A DNA stretch of 55,848 nt, filler included, from Jimgerdemannia flammicorona (taxonomy: Eukaryota), in assembly GCA_003990765.1 (NCBI GenBank). It is 2 parts of 2 records of this genome, joined end to end, with 100 filler letters (N's around TTAATTAATTAA, not from the genome) between each part and the next. Parts side by side here need not be neighbours in the genome. Positions count along the whole stretch, not along the records: positions 27,998 to 55,848 come from RBNJ01000595.1; 1 more part is not named here. The stretch is one strand, 5' to 3'. The position numbers and the translations under genes were made by a program. Within the stretch, counting starts at the first letter, position 1, and every line of letters starts with the position of its first letter. Under the pieces are notes generated by a model, which was not told the DNA's origin, searched no databases, and saw nothing but the letters and a program-made list of their open reading frames with translations. Of this stretch, positions 38,033-51,592 are shown piece after piece.

Positions 38033-38706
38033 GAAAATATCCTATTTTATATACTTACTCCTAACTGTAGTTTGATTATAATTTATTATATAAAGAATTT
38101 AAGCTAATTCAAATTCTTTATATAAGAATTTTGTATTCAATCTCTGAAAAATTCAAATTAATTGAAATATCTCATATGAAGAATTTAGATTAGTTAAAAT
38201 TTATTATTTAATAGATTTAATTCTATTTGAAATAATTAATTAATTGATAAATTTAAATTGAGTTTGAATTCCCCTGACTTATTTAAAGCTCTAATTATAT
38301 ATCTAGAGTGATTAAACCTCAGATCAAAATAGTTTAAAAGTGAAAACCTAAGTAGTCTGCAGATAGATATACTTGGAACTCCCCTCTGTACCCCTGTTAA
38401 GAACTCTGAGAAGTTAAGGAGAATAAAAATATAAGCTAAATAAATCTGATATACTTCCCAAGTTATACATTCAGTACATTATACTGGTTATGTTTATATC
38501 ATCAAAGGTGTTAAATAAATAAATAAATAAAACCCCCTAGTTGAACAATGGGCTGAAGGAAAATAATAATATTTGATAAAATTACTAGTAATCTGGATTC
38601 TTTTATCAGAAAAAATGATTATATAATTAAAATCCTGCAATAAGAGCAAAAAACAGCTATTATATAAACAATTCATCAGGAACTGAGAAGCAATGTTCTT
38701 AGTGCA

Positions 38707-41295
38707 GGGGAGAGACACACGGATCTTGCATTCTCGAACATAACAAACACACGCATTCACCTACCGTCCTTCACCACCACACGTACCTGCATTCACCACC
38801 ACCACACACCCAACATCTTTTCCACAGGCCGCCGTTGCCAGTCAGGAAGGTGCTCCACGGTTACAGAATGACCTTTCCCGTACCTTTACTAATCCGCATT
38901 TTAAACATTCAATATCGGCTGACTTAACTATGATCCTCCGTTAGGTCCTTGTCCATAAACGCCATCACACCTTCCCTTCGTCGGGGAAGTGAGAAATATC
39001 AAGACTTTGACTATTCGCGAACTTTTGAGCGTAAGTGCTTAATGAATTCAGTAAAAAAAGTATGAACAAACTTGTTTGATAAATATAATTGATTAAGGTT
39101 AATGGTGATAGTCTTGTCATGGTAAGGGCAAATATGTTTATAAGGACAACGACCCATTGGCCCTGTAACATTGAATTTATCCGTGGCATTTCCATCCGAC
39201 AAATAAGCATTACTAACAAGTATTCCGACTATGATTACATCTGTTGGAGGTTCTGCCCATGTAGAGGAGAGGCAATTTCTGGCCATGTGTGGTCTAGAAA
39301 TTGGCATTGATGTATAGTTCGTCAGTGGAGGAAGTTGATGAAGAATGCTGTTTTGGATGTAGCAGATCAATATTCAATTTATCTCCACCAGACTACCAAA
39401 TGATTCAGCTGAGTTTCGAATAGCTTTGATGTTATGGACACTACAAGTGGAATGCGATTGACGTGGTTATATTTGCATGGGTAATAAATATGCTCTTGTT
39501 AACCGAATTTGAGCCATAAGGTATTATTGCGATTTATATTAAACCTATCAATGAGTTTTGGCTTAATTAAAAATCTAATATAAAGGTAACACTCTCCAAA
39601 TTGTGTACTTGGAACTTCAGGTACCCACCCCTGAAATATTCCCCTTGCATATGGACTACCGAGCTACTCGTAGTTCTAAAATTGACACTGCTGATAGGCA
39701 AATCTTTCGTATGTTAATTTTTTTTTTTTTAAGTTTGAGCAGAGACCTTTTGATTCCGTTTATGCCAGCGTTATCTCATATAACAAACTGATAGCGTACT
39801 TGACCAGTGCGTTCTCCAAATTTGAAGACAAAATAATTGATTTGCAAAAAATTTCCATCAATCATTATATTCAAAACCATGCATGATTTCCTGTTCCAAT
39901 AGCTAAACAAAAAATGAATTTACATTATGGCATCACTGTATTCAAAATTCTAAAAGCTTATGATACGCTTATCAAAAACCTCTATCTTCCCTCCCGCAAT
40001 CCCAAGTTGTTCACATGCGTCGCGAACGATAATTCCGATTGGTTTCTGGGTCAAATACTGTAGTCCGTTGGGTTCCACCTTCATTTCTAGGGAGATTGAC
40101 TTGATATTTCTCTGCAGCCACATCCGATCTCGCATGTCGAGCTTGGTCATGGCATCGAGGTGTTTAACTACAAGTCCGGCGAGCTTCTCCCAAGCTTGCT
40201 GTCGCGCGATGAACATTTCCAGATGATCTGGAAATGTGGCACCGTAAGCCTTGGTGACGAATCGATAGATACTGCTGGCCGCGTAATAAGGCTTGCCGTC
40301 GTGGATAAAATGTAGGATGAACGAATGATCGTCTTCGAGGATTTTTGACTTCGAAATTGTCCTGTCCGTGAATATTCTCGTTGAAATATGTTTTTCAGAG
40401 CACGCGATACACAAATTCGACGATGAGCCGCTTGATGCGAATTTGTTCGTGAATTTGATCTTTCTATCACATTGATTGCAGAACAACAGTCAGTGCGAGT
40501 AGTGTTTTCCGAAAGCCTTTTAGCACAGATGTTGTGTTGGCAAAACACGGCCGAGAAATCGCCCTATGTTGGATTTGCGTCAAATTATTGTGCATTATCT
40601 TGGCTGAGTTGGTAAAATGACAGTTAGGGTCCAAGTTTCAAACATATGCATTTAGATAAATTGTTTCACAACAGTTCCAACTTACCGCTTTCAACTCGTA
40701 ATAGGAAACAGGTTGAGGCGAACCGGAGAAGAACGTCCGGGCGCGAGTATTGTAGAACCAAAACGAGGACGTCGAGCACCAATTTCACGTCAGGTTGAGT
40801 TGAGCGGGTTTTCATGCAATCGCCAGCGCCAGGGACCTGTTTCGACCTTGATTTACCGGCCTTTGTTGTATCGGAATATGCAGTCCTCACCCTCTTGCGA
40901 AACTTGTGGTCCTTTGCTTGGTTGTTCATAGTATGGAATGGAATGAGAGAGTTGAGGCGAAAATATTTTCTTGCATAATAATATATAGTTGGGCAATCGT
41001 CCAATCACATGTTTGTTTCATCGATAGTCATGCAACGGAATGGCATTCAAAATCCGTGGAATTACCAGACGATGACGAACTTCAAATGACGACAACGAAC
41101 GTATGTGATTGGAAACCCGTTTTGTGAGTAATAATCCGAAACCTATCGTATATCGGTTAATTCTACGGCGAAAGGAGAACATATTATCAACTTACTTTTG
41201 AATGCACATTATGGTTATTTTTGTCTATCGGCGATGTCTTGATTGTCTAATCTACGCAGTCGTGGGTCGTTAATTAACATATACCCGTTTGCCCC
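38707..41295. mobile_element. Candidate non-autonomous gene-carrying insertion (CpG-intact 2.6-kb cassette)
   Basis: GGGG...CCCC ends; AGTGCA(G) direct repeat at 38701 and 41296; CpG present inside and essentially absent in both flanks; no transposase. Confidence 0.5.
39950..40929 (-). pseudogene. F-box protein gene with CxxC..CxxC zinc-binding region; two exons (40929-40686, 40603-39950); frameshifted by a 4-bp duplication
   Basis: KLVLDVLVLVLQYSRPDVLLRFASTCFLLR is F-box-like; 82-nt intron GTAAGT..CTAAC..CAG; removing one ACTG of ACTGACTG (40487-40494) gives a 297-aa frame ..LLALLFCNQC..NLCIAC. Confidence 0.75.
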
Positions 41296-44126
41296 AGTGC
41301 AGCTCAGTATTCTATATTATGAATCTTCTTAACAATATAGCTTAGTAGAGTACATGAGACTACAAATGATTATTAAATATTATTCATAATTACATTCTTT
41401 GTCTAACTCTCAAATGATACTCATAATATATAAGTAATGATTGCTTATAAAATATAGGAGACTTGACAATTACATATTTAAATATTAACATTAAATTGAT
41501 TCTATCTAAAATCACAGTTATTCAATCTATGAATAAAGTCTAAGGAGACTATTTATAAATATATTAATTTCATTGATAATCTGGAAAATTAGGTGAATTC
41601 TCTAAGTATGTCAACAAAGTATATAAGTGATAAAGACATGGTCTTGACTCTTATAAGAAACCTCTCTGAAGCAGTCATTTTGTAGTAGCAGCAATGCAGA
41701 AAAGTACCAAGCTTACCAATTATATCCATATCTTCACAAGTCTCATAAATAAGAAAATGCATTAAGGAAATAGTACTACTAATAATGATAAAAATTTATT
41801 CTATGGATCACATAGATGAAGGTTACTGTGAATACTATAGTAAGTATGGATACAGGAGTTTGTTATCACTGGGAAAATGACAAGGAGAGCAGTGAAAGTA
41901 AAAGTAGAAGTCAGTATTAATAATATTATAGTAGTAGAAAGAACTATTGGGAAAATAGCAGAAGCCAGGAGAATGCAAATACTACTAAAACAAATGAAAG
42001 CAATAGTATATTCTTTATATAAGCAATATATATATATCATAGTTTTACTGTTAAATCTACTAACTCATTATCTATATCTATAATTTCTGATAAACAGCAA
42101 AACACTTTTCACTTAATAAAAAGTAGCAATGATGTCAGCCATACATTTAGCTGCCAATGCACTACAAATATAGCCAATGATAATAATATCTGATAAATGG
42201 ATTCTGGAGCCATATAATATATTACACTATATAGGAAATAGTTCCTATATATAAGCCTTTTAAATACTTTATACCTATTAAACTAAGAGATAACAACATC
42301 ATCTATATTCAAGAAAAAAGGAATGTAGAGATATATCTCTATAGTAATATTGTAGAACTCACCAGTATATTTCTAGATATACTATATACTTTAGAAATTG
42401 GTAAGAATTTCTTTTTGATGAGAAAAATGATGTCCTGTGATAATAAAGAGATATATATTCATATAAAGAATATAATAGTATATGATTTGCATGATAATAA
42501 GCTAATGGTAGTTTTGAAATATAATAATCTTTAAGATTCTAAATAGAATAAAAGTCTCTATATATATGATAACTCATTAGTAGTATCTAATATATAGTAT
42601 AAATACTTAGGATATATCAGCAAATCCATCCTTGGAAGGATGATCATAAGCAGCTCTATAAATGGACTACTGTTATATATATACTTGAAGAATAACTTTT
42701 ATAAGATATGTATAGAAAATAAGATATTTAGGTGACTATTTGAAGAATAGTTAAAGTATATATCTAGATCTTTGATCTTATGTTTATAGATATTTGTAAG
42801 CTAATGTATATATAATCATACTCTGAGAAGAAATATTTCATCATATTCATCAATGATTATATATACAAGGCATATGTATACTTTCTATCAGTAAAGAGTA
42901 AAGTATTAGAGAAATTCAAAAAATTCAAAGCAATTACCTAGAATGAAACAGAATATAGAATATATACTATATAATCAGATAATGGATATGAATATATTAA
43001 TAATATATTCAGGTAATTTTTAAATAAATACCATATATAATAGTAAGTAATAGCTCCTTGTACATATCAGTAGCATGGTATAGCTGAGCATTTAATTATA
43101 CAGTTATAGAAATAGCTTATATAATGATCAATATAGCCAGACTGGTATACTTATATTAGGCCAAAGCTATCAATTGATAACATATATATAATCAATGTAT
43201 ATCTTGAGTATTAAGTAAGAAAGCTAATAACAATAAGTATAAGGATGATGATATCAGATCTAAAGAATTATAGTACAGATCTAAGCCTGATATATCACAT
43301 ATATATATATTCAGATATAATATATATATTCTTAAAAAAAATAATGACAATTAGTATAAATTTGAGCCAAAAGCCAGCAAGTATATATTTCTTGAGTATT
43401 CTGATAAGACATATAGACTCTGGGATTAATATAAGTAGCATATAGTCCATTTTGTATAATATACAATTTAGAGTAAAAAAAAATCAAGAATTCTGCATAG
43501 ATATACTAATTGAAATCTCTATATACTAGCTAGTTCAAATATAATAACTGTTGCTAACCTCTTTAGTAGTTAATCAAAATTATTTTCAACTACTATATAT
43601 ATCTAAGTCTGAGCTAGAAATAATGAGATTCAATAATGAAGATAAATCCTTTAGTAATAAGGGAACCTCTATAAAGAGTAGACAAAAATATCCCAATATC
43701 TACTAAGAAACTCATTCCAAATTAGGAAGATATTAGGACATACTAGTCTATAAGCCCTAGATAGTAGCAAAGGCAGGATCATGTGAGCTATGCCAAAGTA
43801 TACAAATGTGCATATATTACAATATCCAGTGAGCCAAACATATATGATAAAGTCATGTAATTTCCAGATAGCAAAAAATAAAAATGTATAATAGATGAGA
43901 AATATGATTTACTTATTGAGAATAGTATATAGAATCTTATATTTCTTTCACCAAATCATCTAATAATTAGATCAAAGTGAGTCTATAGAATCAAGCATAA
44001 GAGTAATAGAAGTGTAGAGCAATATAAAGCTCATTTTATTACTAAGAGTCACTCATAGAATTATGATAAAGATTATGATATAACATTTTTACTATTATTT
44101 AAGCTTACTTTGCTTAGAATTCTTTA

Positions 44127-47100
44127 TATTGAAATATGTAGGTTACAACTCGATATATGGTGGCGCAGCCTTCCTTGACTACGTCATCATGTAAATGTCA
44201 CTAATTGCGATGCGTAACAGCGCATAAGAATTAGCAATAAACAGATCGCTTCTTCCCTCCATTCCAAGTATTGCACAACAAAAGGTTATGAGCCCCGCTT
44301 AGTGGCTATACACCCCTCTTACACATACGCTACACTACACTATACAATGGCTACTAGTCCAAGCAGTGCTAGCAGCGTGCCACCAAGTTCTGGTAACACA
44401 AACACAGCCGGAACGGGTTTCGCTTCCATGATGACGAACATTCCGGCAGTGGCGCCAACGTCAATGGTAAAGAGGACGATTCCTGTCTTTGACGGTAAGG
44501 ACTACACCATATGAGCATACCATATGAAGAATCTCCTAGAAGAATGTGGTTTGGAGGACTACTGGAAGCCACAGGCGCAAGTAATGACATACGACACTGC
44601 GAAAGATCGCAAAGTGCTAAGGGAGATTACGTTCACCCTTTCAAATGTGCAAATGAAGCTGGTAATCAATGCTATGATGGCGAATGAAGTCTGGGAGATT
44701 TTACGCAATCATCATCAATAGGCATCTGCATCAAACAGATTCCACTTAAAGGTGCAACTATTCAATCTTCGAATTAAGTCCAAGGAGAGCATCTGGGACT
44801 ATGCCAATTGAGTCGACGAGCTGGCGAATCAAGTGAATTCCCTTACATCTACACTGGCGGACACCATCAAGAATGAAGACAAGGTCCTGGCTCTTATACG
44901 AGGCCTTCCTGAAGCATACAACGTGGTTGTCGCTGCTATGAGGGAATCCAGCAGATTATCAGATTATAAGCATGTCGTCACAAGCCTTTTAAATGAGGAA
45001 ACAAGGCTAGGCAGCAACAACGCCAATGAGGAATATGATGAGAAAGCATTCTACAGCGGAGCATGTAGACAAGGCAAAGGCAAGCCGAACAAAGGTCGAG
45101 GCCAGCAATGCGAGAAATTTGACAGTAAATGCTTTTACTGTAATAAGCATAGACATCGTGAGTAGGACTGCAACCACAAGAAGAAGGAAAAGGGTGGCCA
45201 ACAGCAAGGACAATGGCAGGCAAACACAGTGGATGCCAACAATGAAAACAGCGGTGGCAGAGGTCTATTCTTCACAGAAGTGGTGACCTATCCATATGCA
45301 GAAACTATTGAAATAGGTGGAAATTCAGAACCAACTGCCAGTTCAACCAATGCTAGTTGCAGATGCAATTCCACCAGTTTGACATCTATAAATCCTGGTC
45401 GACAAAACACTTTTCAGACAGCAAAAAATAGTGACATCAACATCAGCGCCAGTGCAAATATAAGCTATATGCCGAACAGTACTTATGCATGTAGCGAAGA
45501 GGTCTGGCTTATGGATTTGGGCGCAACAAAGCATATGACAGCTCACCGGGAGTGGTTCTCTATGTACGAGAAGTTCGAGCATCCCATACCTATCAAGCTA
45601 GGTGACAATAATGTCATTTATGCTCAAGGGAAAGGCAATGTAGGCATACATCTACATGGAAATGTTGATGAACCTTCAAGCATCTTTGTCAATGTACTAT
45701 ATGCTCCAGATATAGGCAAGAACCTCTTCTCGATAGGCCGGATGATGGCTTGCGGGGACAGAGGAGTAAATATATGACCGAATGGTGTAACGGTAATCAA
45801 TCTGAAGAACAATAAGGAGTTAATATATGCATCAAAAAAGGGGAATCTATACGCAATCAATGGCATACTGAGTGGCGCATCATTCGCATATTCTGCAACT
45901 ACGACTGGAGAGGATCTCTGGCGTATATGGCATGAACGCTTAGGATATATCGGCAAGATGAGCCTGGAACGGATGATAAGGAGCAAGTCCGTATATGGTT
46001 TACCAGACTATATGCTACTGGATTTCAGTTTTTGTGATGGATGCGCGGCAAACAAGGCTTCCCAGCGACCTTTTCAGGAATGAACGAAGCGAGTGGCCAG
46101 CATTCTTGACCTGATACATATGGATATCTGCAGCCCCATGTGAACAGCAACACACTCTGGGAAGAAGTACTTCATTACTTTCATAGATGACTACACTTGT
46201 AAGGTCCACGTATACTTCCTCTCTGCAAAGAGCGAAGTATTTGAGAAATTCAAAGAATTCAAGGCAGCCATGGAGAACGAGATGGGACATAGAATACGAA
46301 CCCTACGCTCAGATAACAGCAAAGAATATGTCAACAAGTGTTTCGGACACTTCTTGAAGAAGAACAGTATATAGCACTCTACGACAGCCCCTTATACACC
46401 TCAGCAAAATGGCATGGCAGAATGATTCAATCGAATGGTAGTGGAAATGGCTAGAACGATGATGAATATGGCTGGCTTACCGAAGTCCTTTTGGGCGGAA
46501 GCGGTGAATACAGTGGCATATATTCGAAATCATTGTTTCTCTCGAGCTCTAAGCAAGGATCCTGGCAAGCAATCCAGGAATGACAGCAATCTTAACCCTG
46601 AGGAATTATGGAATGGATCCAAGCCTGACATTTCACACTTACGCATATTTGGAAGCGAGGCATACATTCTGGACAAAGGTGGCAACTGAGGCAAGTTCGA
46701 ACCGAAGACAGATAAGTATATATTCCTTGGATACGATGGAGCGGGATACAGACTTTGGAACCCACAGAAACAATGTATGATCATTTCACGCGATGTACAG
46801 TTCAAAGAGACTAAGCAGGAAATTTACATGGAAATTCCTATCTCAAATCTGATGGTGAATTTGACAGAACAGCCAGCGACATCTACGCCAACTGCAAAGG
46901 CTAGCAGAACAACATCTACACCCGGAACGATACCGAAGACTATGCCAAAGACATCCTTGAGACCTACACCAGCGAAAACGCAACCCATTCAAATGGAAAT
47001 GAAGTTGCAAGAACCAAGGATAACGGAAATTATGGATGAGGATGATGAAGAGGATACCTCTCTGAAGAGCAAACAAAAGTGCAAATCCAGAGTTCTAGAT

Positions 47101-49203
47101 ACAGATTTAGGAGGTTATTGGGACCTGCCTAAGACATCCCATTGCAGCAATAATAGTGGACATCACGTGAACTACACTGATTCTTACGAATGCGCTTAGA
47201 TAGCAATGACCGGTGAGCCAGCACACTACGACAAAGCCATTCATTTGAACGATAAAAAGGAGTGGAAAAAGGGTATGGACGAGGAGTATAACTCACTCAT
47301 CAAGAATGACACGTGGAACTTGGTCCCTCTTCCGGCAAATCGACAAGCCATAGGATCCCGATGGGTGTATAAAATTAAACATGATAGCAACGGCGGCATA
47401 GAACGATACAAGGCCTGATTCATGGCAAAGGGGTATTCACAAGACTTTGGAGTCGACTATGACAAAACATTTTCCCCAGTATTTAAGCTTACTTCGCTTA
47501 GAATAATTCTTGCGATCAGAGCCAAGTATAACTATGAGATACATCAAATGGACGTTAAGACAGCCTTCCTAAATGGAGACGTGGATACCGAACTATACGT
47601 TCTTCAACCACAAGGATACGAACTATATGACAACGATGGAAATGAGCTTGTATGTAAATTACGCAAAGGGCTCTACAGAATCAAGCAAGCGGCGAGGCTG
47701 TGGAATCGAAAGATCGATGATTATCTCATAGAAGAGAATGGGTTCAAATGATGCGAAGCAGACCCATGCATATACACTCGTCATACATCCTCAGGAATGG
47801 TATACCTGGGAATTTGGGTTGATGATATCATTCTGGTCGGGATGACAAGTGAGATCAATGAAGTAAAGGCAGCATTACGCAAGAAGTTCAAGATGACAGA
47901 TATGGGTGATGCGTCTTTCCTTTTGGGGATATCCATCGTATGTGACAGGAGCATGCATACTATACACCTAAGCCAAGAAGCCTACATTCAGACAATACTC
48001 GAGTGATTCGGCATGAGTGAGTGCAAGCCAGTCGGAACACCGATGGAGACATCTGTGAGATTAAAGAAGTCTGGAACTACGCTCGAAAATAACAACATCC
48101 CCTATCGACAAGCTGTGGGATCCCTCATGTATCTTATGCTCGGGACAAGACCTGACATATCATTTGCAGTCAACAAAGTGGCGCAATACTCGTCATGCTA
48201 TAATAATTCGCATTGGATGGCGGTTAAGCGCATTCTTCGGTACATTAAAGGAACCGCGAACTATATGCTCAGTTTGGGTGGTGATAATGGGCAAAGCGGG
48301 AGTACTATACGCCTACTCAGTTCTTATGATGCCTATTGGGCCGGCGACTTAGATGACAGAAGGTCTATGACTGAATACATCTTTAAAGTAAACAACAGAT
48401 CCATTTCGTGGCAAATGCATAAGCAATCTTCAGTAGCAACATCCTCTACGCAAGCAGAATATCAAGCATTATCAATAGCAACAAAGGAGGGTATCTGGCT
48501 TCGAGAACTGTTAAAGAAGCTGGGATACAAGTAACGGCACTCTACACTACTCCAGCAAAATAACCAATCAACGATTGCTTTGGCGAAGAACCCTATACAT
48601 TACACCAGAATGAAACACATTGACATACAGCATCATTTCATACATGAATGAATGGAAAACGGCACTATACACCTTGAATACACCCCAACAGAATATATGA
48701 CAGCGGATTCATTGACTAAAGTCCTTCCAAAGGCATAATTTGACTTATACGTGTAAGGAATGGGTGTTACGGGACTCTACACTGGTAATTAAGGATAATT
48801 CGGAATGAGATAGGATAATAGAGCGACAGCAAGCTTCTTTAACATTGATTCCTGCATTGGTGATTTCTACCAACATTGCTCATCTACGAATGTTCACATT
48901 TCTACTTTTCAACCTACTTTTTGAGCTTTAAGCAGACAATTTGAGTATTTTTCGGTTTCTAGATAGCGGTCTGAACATTACAGTGAGATTTGCAGTAGTT
49001 ATAGCTTAGTATTGCAGTTTGGGAATTTACATATCTCATTGAGCGGGAGTATTGAAATATATAGGTTACAACTCAATATATGGTGGCACAGCCTTCCTTG
49101 ACTACGTCATCATGTAAACATCACTAATTGCGATATGTAAAAGCGCGTAAGAATTAGCAATAAACAGATTACTTCTTCCCTCCATTCCAAGTATTGCACA
49201 ATA
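44127..49203 (+). mobile_element. Copia-C: structurally complete Ty1/Copia (5077 bp) nested in the RT of Copia-B
   Basis: 154-bp LTRs 44127-44280 and 49050-49203; TSD CTTTA 44122-44126 and 49204-49208; PBS GGTTATGAGCCC (copia-type internal tRNA-iMet fragment priming); PPT GAGCGGGAG. Confidence 0.96.
44347..48792 (+). pseudogene. Copia gag-pol polyprotein in a single frame broken only by nonsense codons
   Basis: All track fragments from 44302 to 48013 share one frame; CFYC knuckle, WLMDLGATKHMT, PQQNGMAE, HQMDVKTAFLNG, WVDD, ADSLTK. Confidence 0.93.
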
Positions 49204-49865
49204 CTTTATAATTAGTATACTTTATAATCTAGAAATCCATCAAATAGATATCAAGATAGTATTTTTGAATGGTGACATAGATACCAAATATGTATCTGTA
49301 AACTACAAGAATATGAACTCTATTATGATGATAAGAATGAGTTTATATATAAACTATATAAGAGATTATATAGCATCAAATAAGATATATAATTATTGAA
49401 TAAAAAGATTAATAAATATCTTCTTGATGATAGATTTATATATTACAAAATAGATAATTACATATATATCTAATACTATAATTTCAGCAGAGTATTTAAT
49501 AGTATCTAGATTGATGATATAATTATCATTATCAGTAAGAACAGACTTAACCAAGTCAAAGAAACCCTATACTGAGAATTAAAGATAATAGATATGAGTG
49601 ATGTATCCTTCCTTTTGGGGATATTTATAAATATAATAGAAATATATATACCATATATCTCTTGTAAGTAATATATACTCAAACAATCTTCAAATATTTC
49701 AATATAAATAAATGCAAGCCTATTGATACTCCTATGGATACTTCTGTAAAGTTAAGGAAGCCAGACACTACTCCTAGGATGATAATGATATACTAAATAA
49801 GAATAGTACTAAAGATATACCTTATTGATAAGTGATCAGTTCACTTATATATCTTATATTAGAAA

Positions 49866-51592
49866 TGTTATAATGATCAAAAGAAAAGATTTATTCAAAA
49901 TATCTAAGTCTTATATTTTATATATTACTGATAAATAATATAAAACTGATAAAATGGTATAAGATCACATGCTAATATATTGAGTTACCATCTCAATACT
50001 CCTGCTTAATGAGATATATAACTAAAAAAAAAAGAATATAACATATATCTAAAAAAAAGAATACAAACTAAATTAGAGGCAATGTATAATATATATAAAA
50101 CTAAAACTGTATGTAATCCAATTTACTATATAAAATCCTATATTTAAGGAATTTTTGCAGGTTGAAAAGTATTCTGAAATACTCAAAATATAATATATAT
50201 ATAATACAAATGTAAAAATATATATTGAAAGATATCATTATTATAGATGTTAATACTACTGATACCATTATTACAGATACTATTACTCCCACTTAATTCA
50301 ATACTGTAGTTATTATAGATACCATTTTAGAGGTCATCTCTGACTCCAACTTTAACTTGATATACATATATATATCTTTAGATATTTCTAGTTTATCATT
50401 CAAACTCTTGACTGAGCAGTTTCTCTTTCAGTAGTTGAAAATCATTATTACCTAGGTCTGCATAATCATCATCTAGGTTGAATAACTATTGTTATTATAT
50501 ATATATTTTGAAATATATGGAATATATAATATTGTTATTATCCAGTTCAATAAGAATTGATTCCTTGAACTTATTGTATATAGTAAACTATTCATGATAT
50601 AGTATTATATATTATATTGTACCAAAATTCATTGCCAGACATTATCTTCATTATTATCAGCTATGTTGTATATTTGCTGAATATTGTTGGTAATACTTGT
50701 ACTGCTGAAGTTGTTGGCAGTACTTATACTACTGATGTTATTGATGGTATCCATTCTGCTGATATTGTTGACAGTACCTATACTGGTGTATTCATGCTTT
50801 TGCTGACTAGTTGTTTGTACAAATATTACTGGTCTTATTGGCCTTCTCTGTGGCCTTGTCTATACTTAGGACTTTTTTGGTATTTATCTTATCTATGTTT
50901 TTGACCTAGTTGGTACTTCTTGCCTCATTAGTGATCTCTTATTACTGGCTATATTACTGACCTTGTTGATCTTGTTGATCTCATTGGTGGTTTTATATAT
51001 ACTGGCTTTGTTTGGCCTCATTAGCTAGTATTCTTGTTGTTATAATTATCTCAACTATTTGGAAGAGCTTCATAATTATCTTGACACTAGGGAGGATTTT
51101 ACCTACTGTCTGAGTAGACTTGTAATTGTCTTGAACACCTAGGCAGACATCTTAGTAATCATCTCTATCATTAGAGAGGACTTTGTAATTACCTCAAATA
51201 TCTGGATAAGTTCCTTTGTTGTAATTGCCTTCTGCTATCAGAGAGGACTTCATTATTACTATTATCAGGCTTCTCTTACAACAGAACTGTATTTTCTATT
51301 ACTAGGGGGCCATTGTAGAGATGCCCATTTTAGTACTCTGGCTCACACCTATATTTATCAGTATAGTGAATAAACTAGAGGAGTTCTAGCCACTAACCAG
51401 AGCTTACTACTAACCAGGCTATATATCTACTAAGTTGCTAATAGGGCTTATAACCTGTTATGATGAATAAAAGAAGTAATTTACTCAAAATGCCTAAGTT
51501 TCATATTTTATATATTACTAATAAATGATATATAACTGATGAAATAGTATAAGATCATATACCGACATATATATCAAGTTGCCATCTCAACA
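49866..51592 (-). mobile_element. Non-autonomous Copia-family LTR element (TRIM/LARD-like, 1.7 kb) with a non-gag/pol interior
   Basis: LTRs 49866-49998 and 51456-51592; TSD AGAAA 49861-49865 and 51593-51597; PBS GGTTATAAGCCC; PPT ATTAAGCAGGAG; LTR and 3' noncoding region resemble those of Copia-B. Confidence 0.88.

Noticed and set aside
38087..38123. Inverted repeat tatataaagaattt...aaattctttatata
   Set aside because: Short and AT-rich; probably part of a decayed MITE-like relic with no definable ends
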